This document shows, piece by piece, positions 24,611 to 37,297 of a stretch of 39,769 nt of DNA. The notes under the pieces are model-generated. The model made no database searches. It saw nothing but the letters and a program-made list of their open reading frames with translations, and had not been told where the DNA came from. The stretch lies in NCBI RefSeq assembly GCF_006345805.1, contig NW_021835420.1:1-39769 (forward strand), given 5' to 3'. The DNA is from Octopus sinensis. Its lineage: Eukaryota. A program made the translations under genes and the position numbers. How positions within the stretch are numbered: position 1 is the stretch's first letter; each line of letters starts with the position of its first letter.

Positions 24611-24884
24611 TATATATAATATATATTATAATTTCAACAATATTAAGGAATGGCCCTGATAGGCCATTCGACTCACCAGAAAGAGCAGCCAAACTCAAAC
24701 CGCTAAATAGTAGTAATTCAGAAATCAAAGGAAAATTAAAAACATTTACACTAATCATCCTTGGACAATGCATTGTTTCGACGTACTTTTTGGCAAACCA
24801 GCCTAATTAAATTAAATTTAATTTAATCAAGTCAATCTACCACTGGCTCGTCTCATCGGCAAGGAGGCCAGGAGGAATAAATAT

Positions 24885-25000
24885 TCCACTAGGCTATGGT
24901 AGAGGACACTTGCCGAACAAGGTGCCACACAGTAGGACTGAACCCAGAACTATGTGGTTGAAAAGCAAGCTTCTTACCACTCAGCCATGTGTGCGCCTCT
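24885..25000 (-). mobile_element. Old family-A 5' fragment
   Basis: GGACACTTGCC..AAGGTGCCAC..GGACTGAACCC..TTACCACTCAGCCA. Confidence 0.6.
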
Positions 25001-25289
25001 ATTATGGAAGTCTTAAACATAATTTATGAACAACCTGTATTTAAACTACAACACGTTCTATAATTTCGTTTTTCGTCATTTCGCCGTCATTTGGTACATT
25101 TTTGCTAACCAGCCGCCCTTCTTCAGAGTTCCAGAGTACAATCGAATTAAAGCATCGCTAAATATTCAGCAAGATGAACAAAAAATACCTAAAAAAAGCC
25201 GGTTTCGATTCCCGTTTGGAGCTGTGTCAGGTTTATTACGTTGTAAATTGCCTAAAGGAGTTTTGACTTAGTTATATTAAATCATACAC

Positions 25290-25317
25290 ACACATGCGCG
25301 CTCAACACGCGCACACA

Positions 25318-25364
<47 letters not shown>

Positions 25365-25523
25365 TAACGTTGTTAGCTTTACCAACCACCACCACTACCA
25401 CCACCACCACCACCACCACCACCACTACCACCACCACCACCACCACCACTACCACTACGATCGCCAGAACTGCCACCACCGCCGCCTTCACCACCGCTGC
25501 CGCTGTTGCTGCTGTTTGTGTTG

Positions 25524-25580
<57 letters not shown>
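25290..25580. repeat. (CA)n, (CAC)n and (TAC)n tracts
   Basis: Direct reading. Confidence 0.9.
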
Positions 25581-25959
25581 TTCTTTCAGAAATCTTCAAC
25601 TTCGTTATTACTTTACGATAGAAACAATTACTTTTAATTGAATTTTCAGATTCTGACATTCTCAACATTTTATATCTATCTACCTTACACTATACTACGC
25701 CATACTATAGTATAACAACACTAAACTGTACTATATATATATATATATATATACATACACATGCATATATATGTATGTGTATATATACACACACATACAT
25801 ATGTATATATATATATATATATATATATGGTGAGAGAGAGAGAGATACAAACATACACGCATATGTATATGTAAAGACCACACAAAATAATATAAAAGAA
25901 AATGGTATAAAAAATGTATTAAATAAAAACAAAAGCGATATAAGTATTTGACATAACAT

Positions 25960-26083
25960 AATAATAATAGTAATATAATAATAATAATAATAATAATATT
26001 AATAAGAAGAAGAAAATGATAATAATAATAATGATAATAATATAATAATAATAATAATAATAATAATGATAATAATAATAATG

Positions 26084-26121
<38 letters not shown>

Positions 26122-26246
26122 TAATAATAATAATATAATAAAATAATAATAATAATAAAATAAAAAATAATAATAATAATAATAATATAATGATAATATA
26201 ATAATATAATAATAATAATAATAATAATAATGATAATAATAATAAT

Positions 26247-26322
<76 letters not shown>

Positions 26323-26342
26323 TAATAATAATAATAATAATG

Positions 26343-26373
<31 letters not shown>

Positions 26374-26678
26374 TAATAATAATAATAATAATATAAAATA
26401 ATAATAAAATAATGATAATAATATAATGATAATAATAATAATAATAATAATAATGATAATAATAATAATGATAATAAAATAATAATAATAATAATAAGAT
26501 AATAATAATAATGATAATAATATAATAATAATAATAATAATGATAATAATAATAATTATAATAATAATAATAATAATATACTAATAATAATATAAATAGT
26601 AATAATAATAATAAAATATAATAATAATGATAATATAATATAATAATATGATAATACTAATAAATAATAAATAATATG

Positions 26679-26714
<36 letters not shown>

Positions 26715-27140
26715 TAATAATGATAAGAATAATAATGATATAATAATAATAATAATACTAATGATAATAATAATAATGATAATAATAATAATAATAATAA
26801 TAAGAATAGTAATAATAATCATAATATAATAATAGAAATATGATAATAAACTAAAATAATGATATAATAATCACTAATAATAATAATAGTAATAATAATA
26901 ATAATAAATAATAATAATAATAATAAGATAATAATATATAATAATAATAATGATAAATATAAGATAATCATAATAATACTGAATAATAATATAATAATAA
27001 TAATAATAATAATATAATAATAATAATAATAATAATAAATGATAAGAATAATAATAAATAATAATAATAATAATAATATAATGAAATAATAATAATATAA
27101 TGATAATAATGAGATGATGATGATGATGATGATGATGATA
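25960..27140. repeat. About 1.15-kb degenerate (AAT)n/(GAT)n microsatellite
   Basis: Direct reading. Confidence 0.95.
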
Positions 27141-27429
27141 ACTGAAAAATTGAAAAAAATAAAGAAAAATTTCTTGCATAAATACAAATCATGAAAAAAA
27201 ACCCTCACGCATCCCCCTCCCCCTCCCCCCCCCCAAGACCCAGCAAATTTTTATAAATTCTTTCGGTTTGCTCTTCTTTATAATTCCTGACGAAATTTAA
27301 TTCTACCAAGTCCCTGCTTCGACGTCAACATTCACCGATATTTAAATATTATGCATCGAGTGCACATTTGTATGCATCGCTTGCACAATTACATCATCAT
27401 ATCTACACAAAATTCATGAGTCTTTCAGT

Positions 27430-27915
27430 TGTGTTATTGTTGCTGTTGTTGTTATTATTATTATTATTATTGTTGCTGTTGTTGTTGTTGTTATTATTAT
27501 TATTATTATTATTGTTGTTGTTGTTGTTGCTGTTGTTATTATTATTTCTGTTGTTGTTGTTGTTGTTATTATTATTGTTGCTATTACTATTGTTGTTGTT
27601 GTTGTTGTTGTTATTATTGTTGTTTTTATTATTATTATTGTTGTTGTTGTTATTATTATTTTTGTTGTTGTTGTTGTTATTGTTGTTGTTGTTGTTATTA
27701 TTATTGTTGTTGTTGTTATTATTATTATTGTTGTTGTTGTTATTATTATTGTTGTTGTTGTTATTATTATTGTTGTTATTATTATTATCATTGTTGTTGT
27801 TGTTATTATTATTATTGGTGTTGTTGTTATTATTATTGTTGTTGTTGTTATTATTGTTGTTGTTGTTTTCTTATTATTATTGTTGTTGTTATTATTATTG
27901 GTGTTGTTGTTATTC
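27430..27915. repeat. Alternating (TTG)n/(TTA)n microsatellite
   Basis: Direct reading; source of the poly-Leu and Cys/Tyr ORFs. Confidence 0.95.
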
Positions 27916-28090
27916 GTTTTCGTTTCTCTTATAAATGTTAATTTTAGTTGATTCTTGCTTACTCGTCTTTTTCCTTCGTTATTTATTTAGTTATTTACGA
28001 AAGAAGTGCACGCGCACTTGTGTGTGTGTGTGTTTGTTTGTGTTATAAAGAATTTGTTTTGGTTCAGTTGTTATTATATGTTCAGAAAAT

Positions 28091-28281
28091 ATGGCGCTGA
28101 GGTGGCAGAATCGTTGGAGCGTCATGGCGGAAAAGTGCCTTACGGTATTTATTACCTCTACTTACGTTCAATTCCTGCAGAGACCAATTTTTACCTTCCA
28201 ACTAGCTTAGTGAAGTTCCAAGCTGCTTGTATAGACTAACCCTTCCCCTCAAACTGCTGGCCTCGTGCCAAAATTTGAAAG
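28091..28281 (+). mobile_element. Old, internally deleted B2 SINE
   Basis: GGTGGCAGAATCGTT head and GCTGGCCTCGTGCCAAAATTTGAAA tail. Confidence 0.6.
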
Positions 28282-28349
28282 AAGTATGGGGACTGAAAAT
28301 GTTTCCTAAGTATACTTGTATACCTGTGTGGATATGTGTGCGTGTGTGT

Positions 28350-28398
<49 letters not shown>

Positions 28399-28470
28399 CA
28401 ACAAATAATTATTCCATCTGGTGAGAGATTAATATTATTTACGCAACACCACATATGCTATGTGCCATTA

Positions 28471-28676
28471 TTAGTTTCATGTGATGAGAGCATGCCAGGC
28501 AGTAGTTTTTAACACGTTTGGTGTACTTTTTTTTCTCACCTTTTCTCGCTTTTCTTTCATCCTATCACCCCATTTTTAATTCGCTATGCCATGTGGGCAG
28601 TGCCTGAAGATTTTGCTAGGACACCAGACGTGATAAAAAAAATACTGCCCGGCATGCTCTCATCGCATGAAACTAA
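28471..28676. mobile_element. MITE (206 bp), ~55-bp imperfect TIRs, TA target duplication (Tc1/mariner-type)
   Basis: TA|TTAGTTTCATGTGATGAGAGCATGCCAGGCAGTA ... TACTGCCCGGCATGCTCTCATCGCATGAAACTAA|TA (2 mismatches in the outer 34 bp). Confidence 0.85.
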
Positions 28677-28733
28677 TAGTAACACATAAACACATAAGTT
28701 TATTAGATCATTTATATATATATACTTTTATGG

Positions 28734-28766
<33 letters not shown>

Positions 28767-29115
28767 TGTATGTATGTATGTATACATCTTATAGTTCCAT
28801 TATTGGCAGGATCAACAAAAATGTGCTCCATCCAGTGAGAGACAAATATCATTTAAAATGCACAATTACAAACGAGCTACTAATAGTGTCATGTGGTTTC
28901 CTTAATTTTCTTCCTTCTTGTCCCCCTTTTTTCACGAACCTTCTTCGTGACCTTTTTTTCTTCTCGTATTTGTTTTTTCTCATGCCTTCTCATAGACCAG
29001 CGTCCTGGTTATTTTGAAAATACATCTAACGTTAGGAACTGAACCTGGAAGATTGCTTGCAGATACATGACATATTGTATAAATCTGCCAATTTAATGTA
29101 TATATATGTGGTACC

Positions 29116-29156
<41 letters not shown>

Positions 29157-29158
<2 letters not shown>

Positions 29159-29573
29159 GTAGGAGTGGCTGTGTGGTAAGTAGCTTGCTAACCAACCACA
29201 TGGTTCCAGGTTCAGTCCCACTGCGTTGCATCTTGGGCAAGTGTCTTCTGCTATAGCCGCGGGCCGACCAATACCTTGTGAGTGGATTTGGTAGACGGAA
29301 ACTGAAAGAAGCCTGTCGTATATATGTATATATATATATATATATATATGTATATGTGTGTGTTTGTGTGTCTGTGTTTGTCCCCCTAGCATTGCTTGAC
29401 AACCGATGCTAGTGTGTTTACGTCTCCGTCACTAAGTGGTTCGGCAAAAGAGACCGATAGAATAAGTACTAGGCTTACAAAGAATAAGTCCCGGAATCGA
29501 TTTGCTTGACTAAAGGCGGTGCTCCAGCATGGCCGCAGTCAAATGACTGAAACAAGTAAAAGAGTAAAAGAGT
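29157..29573 (+). mobile_element. Full-length family-A SINE
   Basis: All modules present. Confidence 0.92.
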
Positions 29574-29599
29574 ATATATTTATATATAATAGTAAATCC

Positions 29600-29790
29600 A
29601 AAAAACCAAGTTGAAACACAAAGAAAACAACAACACGAGGACGTGGTAGATGTAAAGTAATAGCAGACACTGAAAGAAGGAAAGGAAGGTGGTTTTATGT
29701 TTGGAGCAAAGCTCTTCTTCAGAAACAGGAGACAGAGGAAAGTTCAAAAGAATAGGAAGACGGAGGATAAAAATCGCCAACGATGTAAGT
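29600..29790 (-). repeat. Hammerhead-bearing (pLTR-like) repeat, core mutated (GAAA to CAAA)
   Basis: Minus strand GTTT-CTGAAGA-A-GAGC-TTT-GCTC-CAAAC-ATA-AAAC; flanks align with 31975-32175. Confidence 0.7.
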
Positions 29791-29814
29791 GTGTGTATGT
29801 GTGTGCGTGTGTGT

Positions 29815-29883
<69 letters not shown>

Positions 29884-30142
29884 AAGTGTGCATGGGTGTG
29901 TTACTGATATGCCAGCAGTATTTATTTTTCATACCAAAGATTATTTTGTGTTACACCGAAAGACTTCAGTTCTCGCTGCCTTCGTGAATAAATAAACGAG
30001 ATTTACGAGACATGAGATCGTCGTAAAGATGTCATGTTTATTAGGAAAAAGACCTCGTCCGTATTTCGCTTGCCACGGCAGTAAATACAGGTCGACTGGA
30101 GACCGCCGCTAACGGTTCAATCACCATCATCGTACAAATCTT

Positions 30143-30562
30143 TCTCTTTTTTTTTTTACTTGTTTCATTCATTTGACTGCGGCCATGCTGGAGCACCGCC
30201 TTTAATCGAGCAACTCGACCCCGGAACTTATTCTTTTGTAAGCCCAGTACTTATTCTATCAGTCTCTTTTGCCGAACCGCTAAGTGACGGGGACGTAAAC
30301 ACACCAGCATCGGTTGTCAAGCAATGCTAGGGGGACAAACACAGACACACAAACACATACACACATTTACATATATATATATATATATATATACATATAT
30401 ACGACAGGCTTCTTTCAGTTTCCGTCTACCAAATCCACTCACAAAGCATTGGTCGGCCCGGGGCTATAGCAGAAGACACTTGCCCAAGATGCCACGCAGT
30501 GGGACTGAACCCGGAACCATGTGGTTGGTTAGCAAGCTACTTACCACACAGCCACTCCTGCG
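30143..30562 (-). mobile_element. Full-length family-A SINE
   Basis: All modules present on the reverse strand. Confidence 0.92.
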
Positions 30563-30674
30563 TAAATTTAATTAAATTATTTAGTTAGTTTACGGACCCA
30601 ATGGAGGCTAAAATCATTAGGTACAATCTAAAGTAATTATTAGTTAAGGTGTGTGTAGTTTGGTAAGGACATAT

Positions 30675-30845
30675 GCGAAGGCTTGTGGCGTAGTGGTTAG
30701 GATATTCCACTCACTACTACAAGATCGCGATTCGATTTCCAAACCGAGTGGCGCTTTGTGTTCTTGAGCAAAACACTTCATTTCACGTTTCCACTCAGCT
30801 GCAAATGAGCTGCCCTGCTACGAACCGGCGTCTCGATCGATCGTA
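30675..30845 (+). mobile_element. Old family-E-like SINE with a tail-Y-like end
   Basis: TGGCGTAGTGG A box, TTGAGCAAAACACTTCATTTCACG central motif, CTGC-ACG-ACCGGCGTC-CG-TC end. Confidence 0.55.
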
Positions 30846-30944
30846 ACGAATGATGTGACTCGGATCATTCATTTGTCGCGGAAACTGGGTAAAAGGCCCA
30901 AAAGACGTCTAGGGCTCGAGGGCAGGGCTTATTCCTGTACATGT

Positions 30945-31060
30945 CATAACGGTTGTGTGATAAGAAATTTGCTTCCCAGCCACACGATTCCAAGTTCAGT
31001 CTCACTGCACGCCACCTTGGGCAAATATCTTATTCTATAGCCTCCAACCGACAAAAGCCA
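30945..31060 (+). mobile_element. Old family-A 5' fragment
   Basis: AAGTTCAGTCTCACTGCACGCCACCTTGGGCAAATATCTT. Confidence 0.6.
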
Positions 31061-31074
31061 GAGGAGAAGATTCA

Positions 31075-31459
31075 ATGGAAGCACTCCGTCGGTTACGACG
31101 ACGAGGGTTCCGGTTGATCCGAATCAACGGAACAGCCTGCTCGTGAAATTAACGTGTAAGTGGCTGAGCACTCCACAGACACGTGTACCCTTAACGTAGT
31201 TCTCGGGGATATTCAGCGTGACACAGAGAGGTGACAAAGCGGCCCTTGAAATACAGGTACAACAGAAACAGGAAGTAAGAGTGAGAGAAAGTTGTGGTGA
31301 AAGAGTACAGCAGGGATCACCACCATCCCCTGCCGGAGCCTCGTGGAGCTGTAGGTGTTTTCGCTCAATAAACACTCACAACGCCCGGTCTGGGAATCGA
31401 AACCGCGATCCTATGACCGCGAGTCCGCTGCCCAAACCACTGGGCCATTGCGCCTCCAC
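31075..31459 (-). mobile_element. SINE family C (tail X) with 10-bp TSD
   Basis: AGAAGATTCA at 31065-31074 and 31460-31469. Confidence 0.92.
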
Positions 31460-31974
31460 AGAAGATTCAGTAGACAGAAGCCGAAAGAAACCGGTCCAGT
31501 GTCTATGTATATATATTTATCTTCTCTGTATTTTTCTCTGGAATTTCAATACGTCATTATAATATGTCATTGTATGTTTTATTACCCCTAATTTTTAATT
31601 TAACAAATTAATACCAAATGTTTTATGATTTTAAGAGTAAATTCAATGTGTTAAATATGCAACACTGATTCTTATATATTTATATATTTTATAAGATGTT
31701 TATATATCTATATATTACTATATTTTTAAACGTCGGACTTTATATCTTTTCTGTAGATATAAATGATATATAGATATATGTGTTATGTGTTTGATCTTTC
31801 TGGTTGGATTTTGTAATGTTCCTTTAGTTGTCTGCTCACATGCCTCCCCCTCGATTAATAAGTTGTATATATATATATATCTAAATATATACATATATAT
31901 ATATATAGTATGTGTGTGTGTGTGTGTGTGTGGTGTGTGTGTGTGTGTTGAACGCGATGGTGTGAACGCGTGTG

Positions 31975-32175
31975 TACCGTTTGGCGATATTTTTTTTACC
32001 CTCTGTCTTCCCTTCTCTGTATCTTCCCTTCTCCTAGGTTTCCGACGAAGAGCTCCGCTCGAAACGTTAAACCCTCCTTCTTTCCTTCTTTTCCTGAGCG
32101 TCCAATAATACTATATGTGTTCCACGTCCTCGCGTTGTTGGTATTTTATTTTTTTTGTGCTATCTTCGTTGGATT
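31975..32175 (+). repeat. Hammerhead-bearing (pLTR-like) repeat, one core substitution (CUGA to CCGA)
   Basis: 32037-32073: GGTTT-CCGACGA-A-GAGC-TCC-GCTC-GAAAC-GTT-AAACC (5-bp stem I, 4-bp stem II, palindromic ACGT stem III). Confidence 0.7.
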
Positions 32176-32218
32176 ATCTTACACTATATACATACATACA
32201 TACATACATACTCTGTGT

Positions 32219-32603
32219 AGCGCATGGCTGTGTGGTAAGTAGTGTGGGTTCAGTCCCACTGCGTGGCATCTTGGGCAAGTGTCTTCTGCTATAGCCCCGG
32301 GCCGACCAATGCTTTGTGAGTGGATTTGGTAGACGGAAACTGAAAGAAGCCTGTCGTATATATGTATAATATATATGTGTGTGTTGTATATGTGTTTTGT
32401 GGTCTGTGTTTGTCCCCCTAGCATTGCTTGACAACCGATGCCGGTGTGTTTACGTCCCCGTCCTTAGCGGTTCGGCAAAAGGACCGATGATAGAAGTACT
32501 GGGCTTACAAAGAATACGTCCCGGGTCGATTTGCTCGACTAAAGGCGGCGCTCCAGCATGGCCGCAGTCAAATGACTGAAACAAGTAAAAGAGAAAAAGA
32601 GAG
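32219..32603 (+). mobile_element. Family-A SINE with a deletion between the A and B boxes
   Basis: TGGCTGTGTGGTAAGTAG joined almost directly to GGGTTCAGTCCC. Confidence 0.88.
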
Positions 32604-32609
32604 TATATT

Positions 32610-32767
32610 AGAAAGGATAAATTTAAATTACTTGTGTATTATCTTGTAATTTTGAGATTTCAGAATGATATTGTAGGGTGGGTATGAGGTGCCAGATCTG
32701 GCTGGTTAAACATAAAAATGGTGACCATTGTGGCCTTTTATGGCCAGTTTAAATGCTAAAGCGTTAA
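32610..32767. mobile_element. Possible piggyBac-derived MITE end
   Basis: Ends GGCCAGTTTAAATGCTAAAGCG|TTAA (near AGGG|TTAA); partner end not found. Confidence 0.35.
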
Positions 32768-32869
32768 AATCTAGAACCAGAGGTAACTGGTGATGGTCAG
32801 TGTCGGCAAACTTTAATTACTATAATGGCTAGTTTACGACTTAAGCGACAACGGCTCCGTATATCGGTC

Positions 32870-33259
32870 CTTCTCTCTCTTTCTCCCCTCTCTCTCTCAC
32901 TCATTCTCTTTCTTTCTCTTTCTCTCGCTCACACTTTCACTTTCGTTCTCTTTCTCATTTTTTCTCTTTCTCTTTTTCTTTTCCTCTCTGTATCCCTCTC
33001 TTCTCCTCTCTACACCACTCTCTGTCTCTCATACTGTCTACTTCTCTCTCCCTATCCGTTTCACTCTTTCTTTCTTACTTTCTTTAGTTCTTTCTTTCTT
33101 TCTCTGTCTCTTTCTGTCTGTCTGTCTGTCTCTCTCTCTCTCATTCTTTCTGCCTCACTCAATGTGCCCGTTTCTCTCTCTTCCTCTATTTTTATCTTCC
33201 TTTCCCCCTCACTCTCTATCAACTTCACTCTCTCTTCCTTTAGCTCTCTTCTCTCTTCT

Positions 33260-33294
<35 letters not shown>

Positions 33295-33302
33295 ACTCCT
33301 TC
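32870..33302. repeat. About 430-bp (CT)-rich polypyrimidine tract
   Basis: Direct reading. Confidence 0.9.
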
Positions 33303-33696
33303 CTCTGAGCAAGGGCAAATGCACGAAAAGTTAAAGTCTTTCCTCTCTTGTTGCCATTGAAGACGTTGAACTTTCAACAAAGTCTCTCAGTAAAAGGTAA
33401 AAGCGATTTTACTATTTATTCACAAACATTTTGTTTGTTGTTTGCTCACAGTTTTTGTCAACCCTTTCTCATGTACCCAGAGGAGTGACACGAACATACG
33501 CTCGCAAAAACACCCCCTGTATATACACACACACACGCACGCCCACACGCACATACACACACACTCACATACACACACACAAAACACACAGACATATATA
33601 TGTATGTACACATGCTTATACAAACCTATAATATATGTGTTTATACGTATACGTATATGTATGTATGTGTATATATATATATATATTATATATATA

Positions 33697-33739
<43 letters not shown>

Positions 33740-34129
33740 GACAGAGAACATGGTATTTGTATATATGTATGCATATAAATGTGTATATGTATGTGTATAT
33801 ATGTGCATACACATGCACTAACACACATATACATATATGTATTTGCGAGTATAGATGAGTATATATATGTGTGTGTGTGAGCTTGTGTGTGAGAGAGTGT
33901 GTGTGTATGTGTGGGTGTATATGATGTGCGTATACAATATGCTTCCAGGCGCTAATTTTGGAGAAAGACTGAGAATAATTATCTTACGTAACAAAAAAAT
34001 AAAATAAAATTTTAAAAAAAGGTTTATTTTAATAATCCCGCTTTAATTATTCAATGTTTCCAATGAAGGGGGCTTTCTAATTATCTTGTAATTACAAATA
34101 AATGAACAGAATGCACAACATCAGTATTG

Positions 34130-34285
34130 TTCTTCTTCTTATTAATATTATTAGTATTAATGTCTTTGTTGTTTTTATTAGTATTATTACTGTTATTACT
34201 ACATTGTCATTATCATTTATTATTATCATTGTCATTATTGTTATTATTATTAGCATTATTATTATTATCATTATTATTATTATTA

Positions 34286-34319
<34 letters not shown>

Positions 34320-34498
34320 CTTGGCCCTTGTGGCCAATAAAAGAAGCCATCATCATGGTCATCATCATCATCATCATCATCTGCAGCAGCACCGTCACCT
34401 TTATTATTATCGTTGTTGTTATTCCTGTTTTTATTCCGGGTAGCTTCATTAATTATCATCATCATCGTCATCTTCATTATTATCATTATTACTATTAC

Positions 34499-34552
<54 letters not shown>

Positions 34553-34572
34553 CATCATCATTATTATTATTA

Positions 34573-34612
<40 letters not shown>

Positions 34613-34680
34613 CATTATTAGTATCGTCATCATCATCATCATCATCATCATCAACATTCTCATCGTCATCGTCATGATCA
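34130..34680. repeat. (ATT/CAT)n microsatellite
   Basis: Direct reading. Confidence 0.92.
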
Positions 34681-35131
34681 TTTTTTTATGTATATATATA
34701 TATATAATTTAATTGCTTTTTTTTTTGTAATGTTCTAAGTAAATTTTTCATTCTTTTTTTTTTTAATTCTCTCCACCAATCTTTTTCTTTCAAATGTTGA
34801 AAATAAGTTGTTTAGCAAAATGAATTTTTGAATGTCTTCTTGAAAAACCTTAGAGCAAGAAATATTTTTCTTTTGACGAAAATGTTGAAGAATTTAAATG
34901 GTTATCTGCTGTTTCTGAGTTATACGCACATAACAACAAAACTTTGGAAATCAAGGAGTTTGTAAATCCAGCGCTGATTTTTGGTGCAAATCACTCGAGG
35001 GGGCGAGAAGGGGGGACGTTCTTCTCCACCTTTACAAACGTACTGAAAAGACTTTAGGCTCTGAGTAGGGAGCGAGAAGAGCGGGAGCGGAGGAGAGAGT
35101 TTCTCTAAATTACACGAGATGCTGAAGAATA

Positions 35132-35162
<31 letters not shown>

Positions 35163-35355
35163 TTAAACAATAGAGTTGTTTCGCGAGATGTTGTTTAGAT
35201 GAAACACACACACACAGATATATACACTCATGCACACATAGATGCCCGTACAAATACTTGTTTTTACATTTGCACTGACATACACAGTTTACCCTGGCTC
35301 AGGCACGCATTAAAATAAGAACACAGGTATTTAGATGACATCCTCTAACAGAAAG

Positions 35356-35356
<1 letters not shown>

Positions 35357-35429
<73 letters not shown>

Positions 35430-35513
35430 ACTAACTACTATCTATCTATCTATCTCTCTATTTATATATCTATCTATTTCTCTATCTATCTACCTACCTA
35501 CCTACCTACCTAC

Positions 35514-35580
<67 letters not shown>

Positions 35581-35675
35581 CCTATCTCTCTCTCTCTATC
35601 TATCTGTCTATCTATCTGTCTATCTATTTATCTATCTATCTTTCTATCTATCCATCTATCTATCTGTCTATATAT

Positions 35676-35764
<89 letters not shown>

Positions 35765-35765
35765 C
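35357..35765. repeat. (TCTA)n tetranucleotide microsatellite
   Basis: Direct reading. Confidence 0.95.
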
Positions 35766-36017
35766 ATCAATGCGAGTAAATTGTCAATGTACAAAGGTAG
35801 AAAGTAAACTACGAAAGGACAAGGAAAAGAAAACGAAACGAAGTCACTGTTGTCCCTTGTACTTCTATATTTTGGGGTCGAAGACGTCTTCTTCTGGACA
35901 TCGCGAAAAAGCGATTGTTGGAAAAGTCATTGCTCAGATGTGTGGGTGGGGAATGAGGAAGGGAGAAGAATGAGAAGGAGAGCAGGTGACATGCGCAGAT
36001 TGGTGTTGCTATAACAG

Positions 36018-36720
36018 CTAGTTTGCTTCATGTAGTTCATTCCTGTTATTAATGGCTGGTCTCAATCTGTCAAGAAGGAAGACCCCTAATTATTCTGAGT
36101 TTGCCCCTGTTGCGTTGTGTTGTGTTGCCCTGATGGACAATTCAAAATCCAAGGCTTGGCATTTCTTGAGATGTTTCTTTATTGAAGTGTCCGTGTGCAC
36201 ATGTTATTTTATACGGATGTACAACTTCCTGGTGGTGCTCCCTGTGTAGCAATGTCCGACATTTACTGCAGACTCCGCATATCACAGATGGAGCAATCGG
36301 TTTCTTTGGCATTATTCCTCGATAGAATTTTCCTCGGGGATAGACCGGTGTGCACCATCTGTATATTGAGTCCCTCCCTGCGGATCACATGTTGTATAGC
36401 TGCACTTGATCTGTCGTCGAAGAAGGGCAATTTAAGGAAGCTCTTTTTCGACTTGTGATTATGGGCGTTCTTATGTGGTTTACCCACTTTCCCGTTTTGT
36501 AGACGCAGTTGCTTGGCTACAGATGATGGATGGCCGTTCTGTGCTAAGTTCTTGAGGAACTGCTTGGCGTGGATAGCTTTGTCAACTGTTTGGCAGCATC
36601 TGTCTCTTAGGCGTGTGATTTCATTATGCGGCTTTGACTCTGGTGGGCAGGGCTGACTCGTAGTTTACGAATAGGTTCCTACTGGTCAAGAAGGAAACCT
36701 ACCCATTCAGATCCTCGATT
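36018..36720 (-). mobile_element. Penelope-like element remnant: RT thumb region plus GIY-YIG endonuclease
   Basis: Minus strand with stops and frameshifts: RNLFVNYESALPTRVK..NEITRL..RCC..FLKNLAQNGHP..KSFLKLPFFDD..IRREGLNI..C.KC..YTGSTTRKLYIRIK*H..SIKKHL..LRPAINNRNEL. Confidence 0.85.
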
Positions 36721-36939
36721 CTCAGTGTCTATTCTTTCCTTAAACCCTTTCTGGTAACATGAGGGTATGTTCTAACGCCTCTTCTCCATCATTCTCTCCT
36801 CCTTTCCAGCTGGAGTAGCCGTGTATCACCTCTACCGCAAGACACCTGTTTCTCTCCCTCTACAATACTTCAACTTCTCAACACACGGCACAAAACCACC
36901 TCATTCAATACACCACCACCACCATTCAGTCAAGGGGCT

Positions 36940-37165
36940 TTGCTTACAAGTTACTTGGTGACCTCGCTAGTGCTGGTGCCATGAAAAATTCACTCTACAC
37001 TCTGTAAAGTGGTTAGGGTTAAGAAGGGCATCCAGCTATAGAAACCTTGCCAAAGCAGAAGACTGGGGACCAACAAAGCCCTCAGCCTAGACGGCTCCTC
37101 TCGAACTATCAAATTCGTGTAAACACGGAATGCAGACATTAAATGATGACGATGATGACAATGAT
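36940..37165 (+). mobile_element. 3' half of another SINE family ending in (ATG)n
   Basis: CTCTGTAAAGTGGTT..AGAAGGGCATCCAGCT-TAGAAACC..GACATTAAATGATGACGATG; recognised from memory only, single copy in this window. Confidence 0.5.
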
Positions 37166-37166
37166 G

Positions 37167-37199
<33 letters not shown>

Positions 37200-37257
37200 T
37201 GTATGTATGTATGTATGTATGTATGTATGTACGTATGTATGTATGTATGTATGTATG

Positions 37258-37295
<38 letters not shown>

Positions 37296-37297
<2 letters not shown>

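Noticed and set aside
27368-27941. Poly-Leu and Cys/Tyr-rich ORFs
   Set aside because: These are (TTG/TTA)n microsatellite translations.
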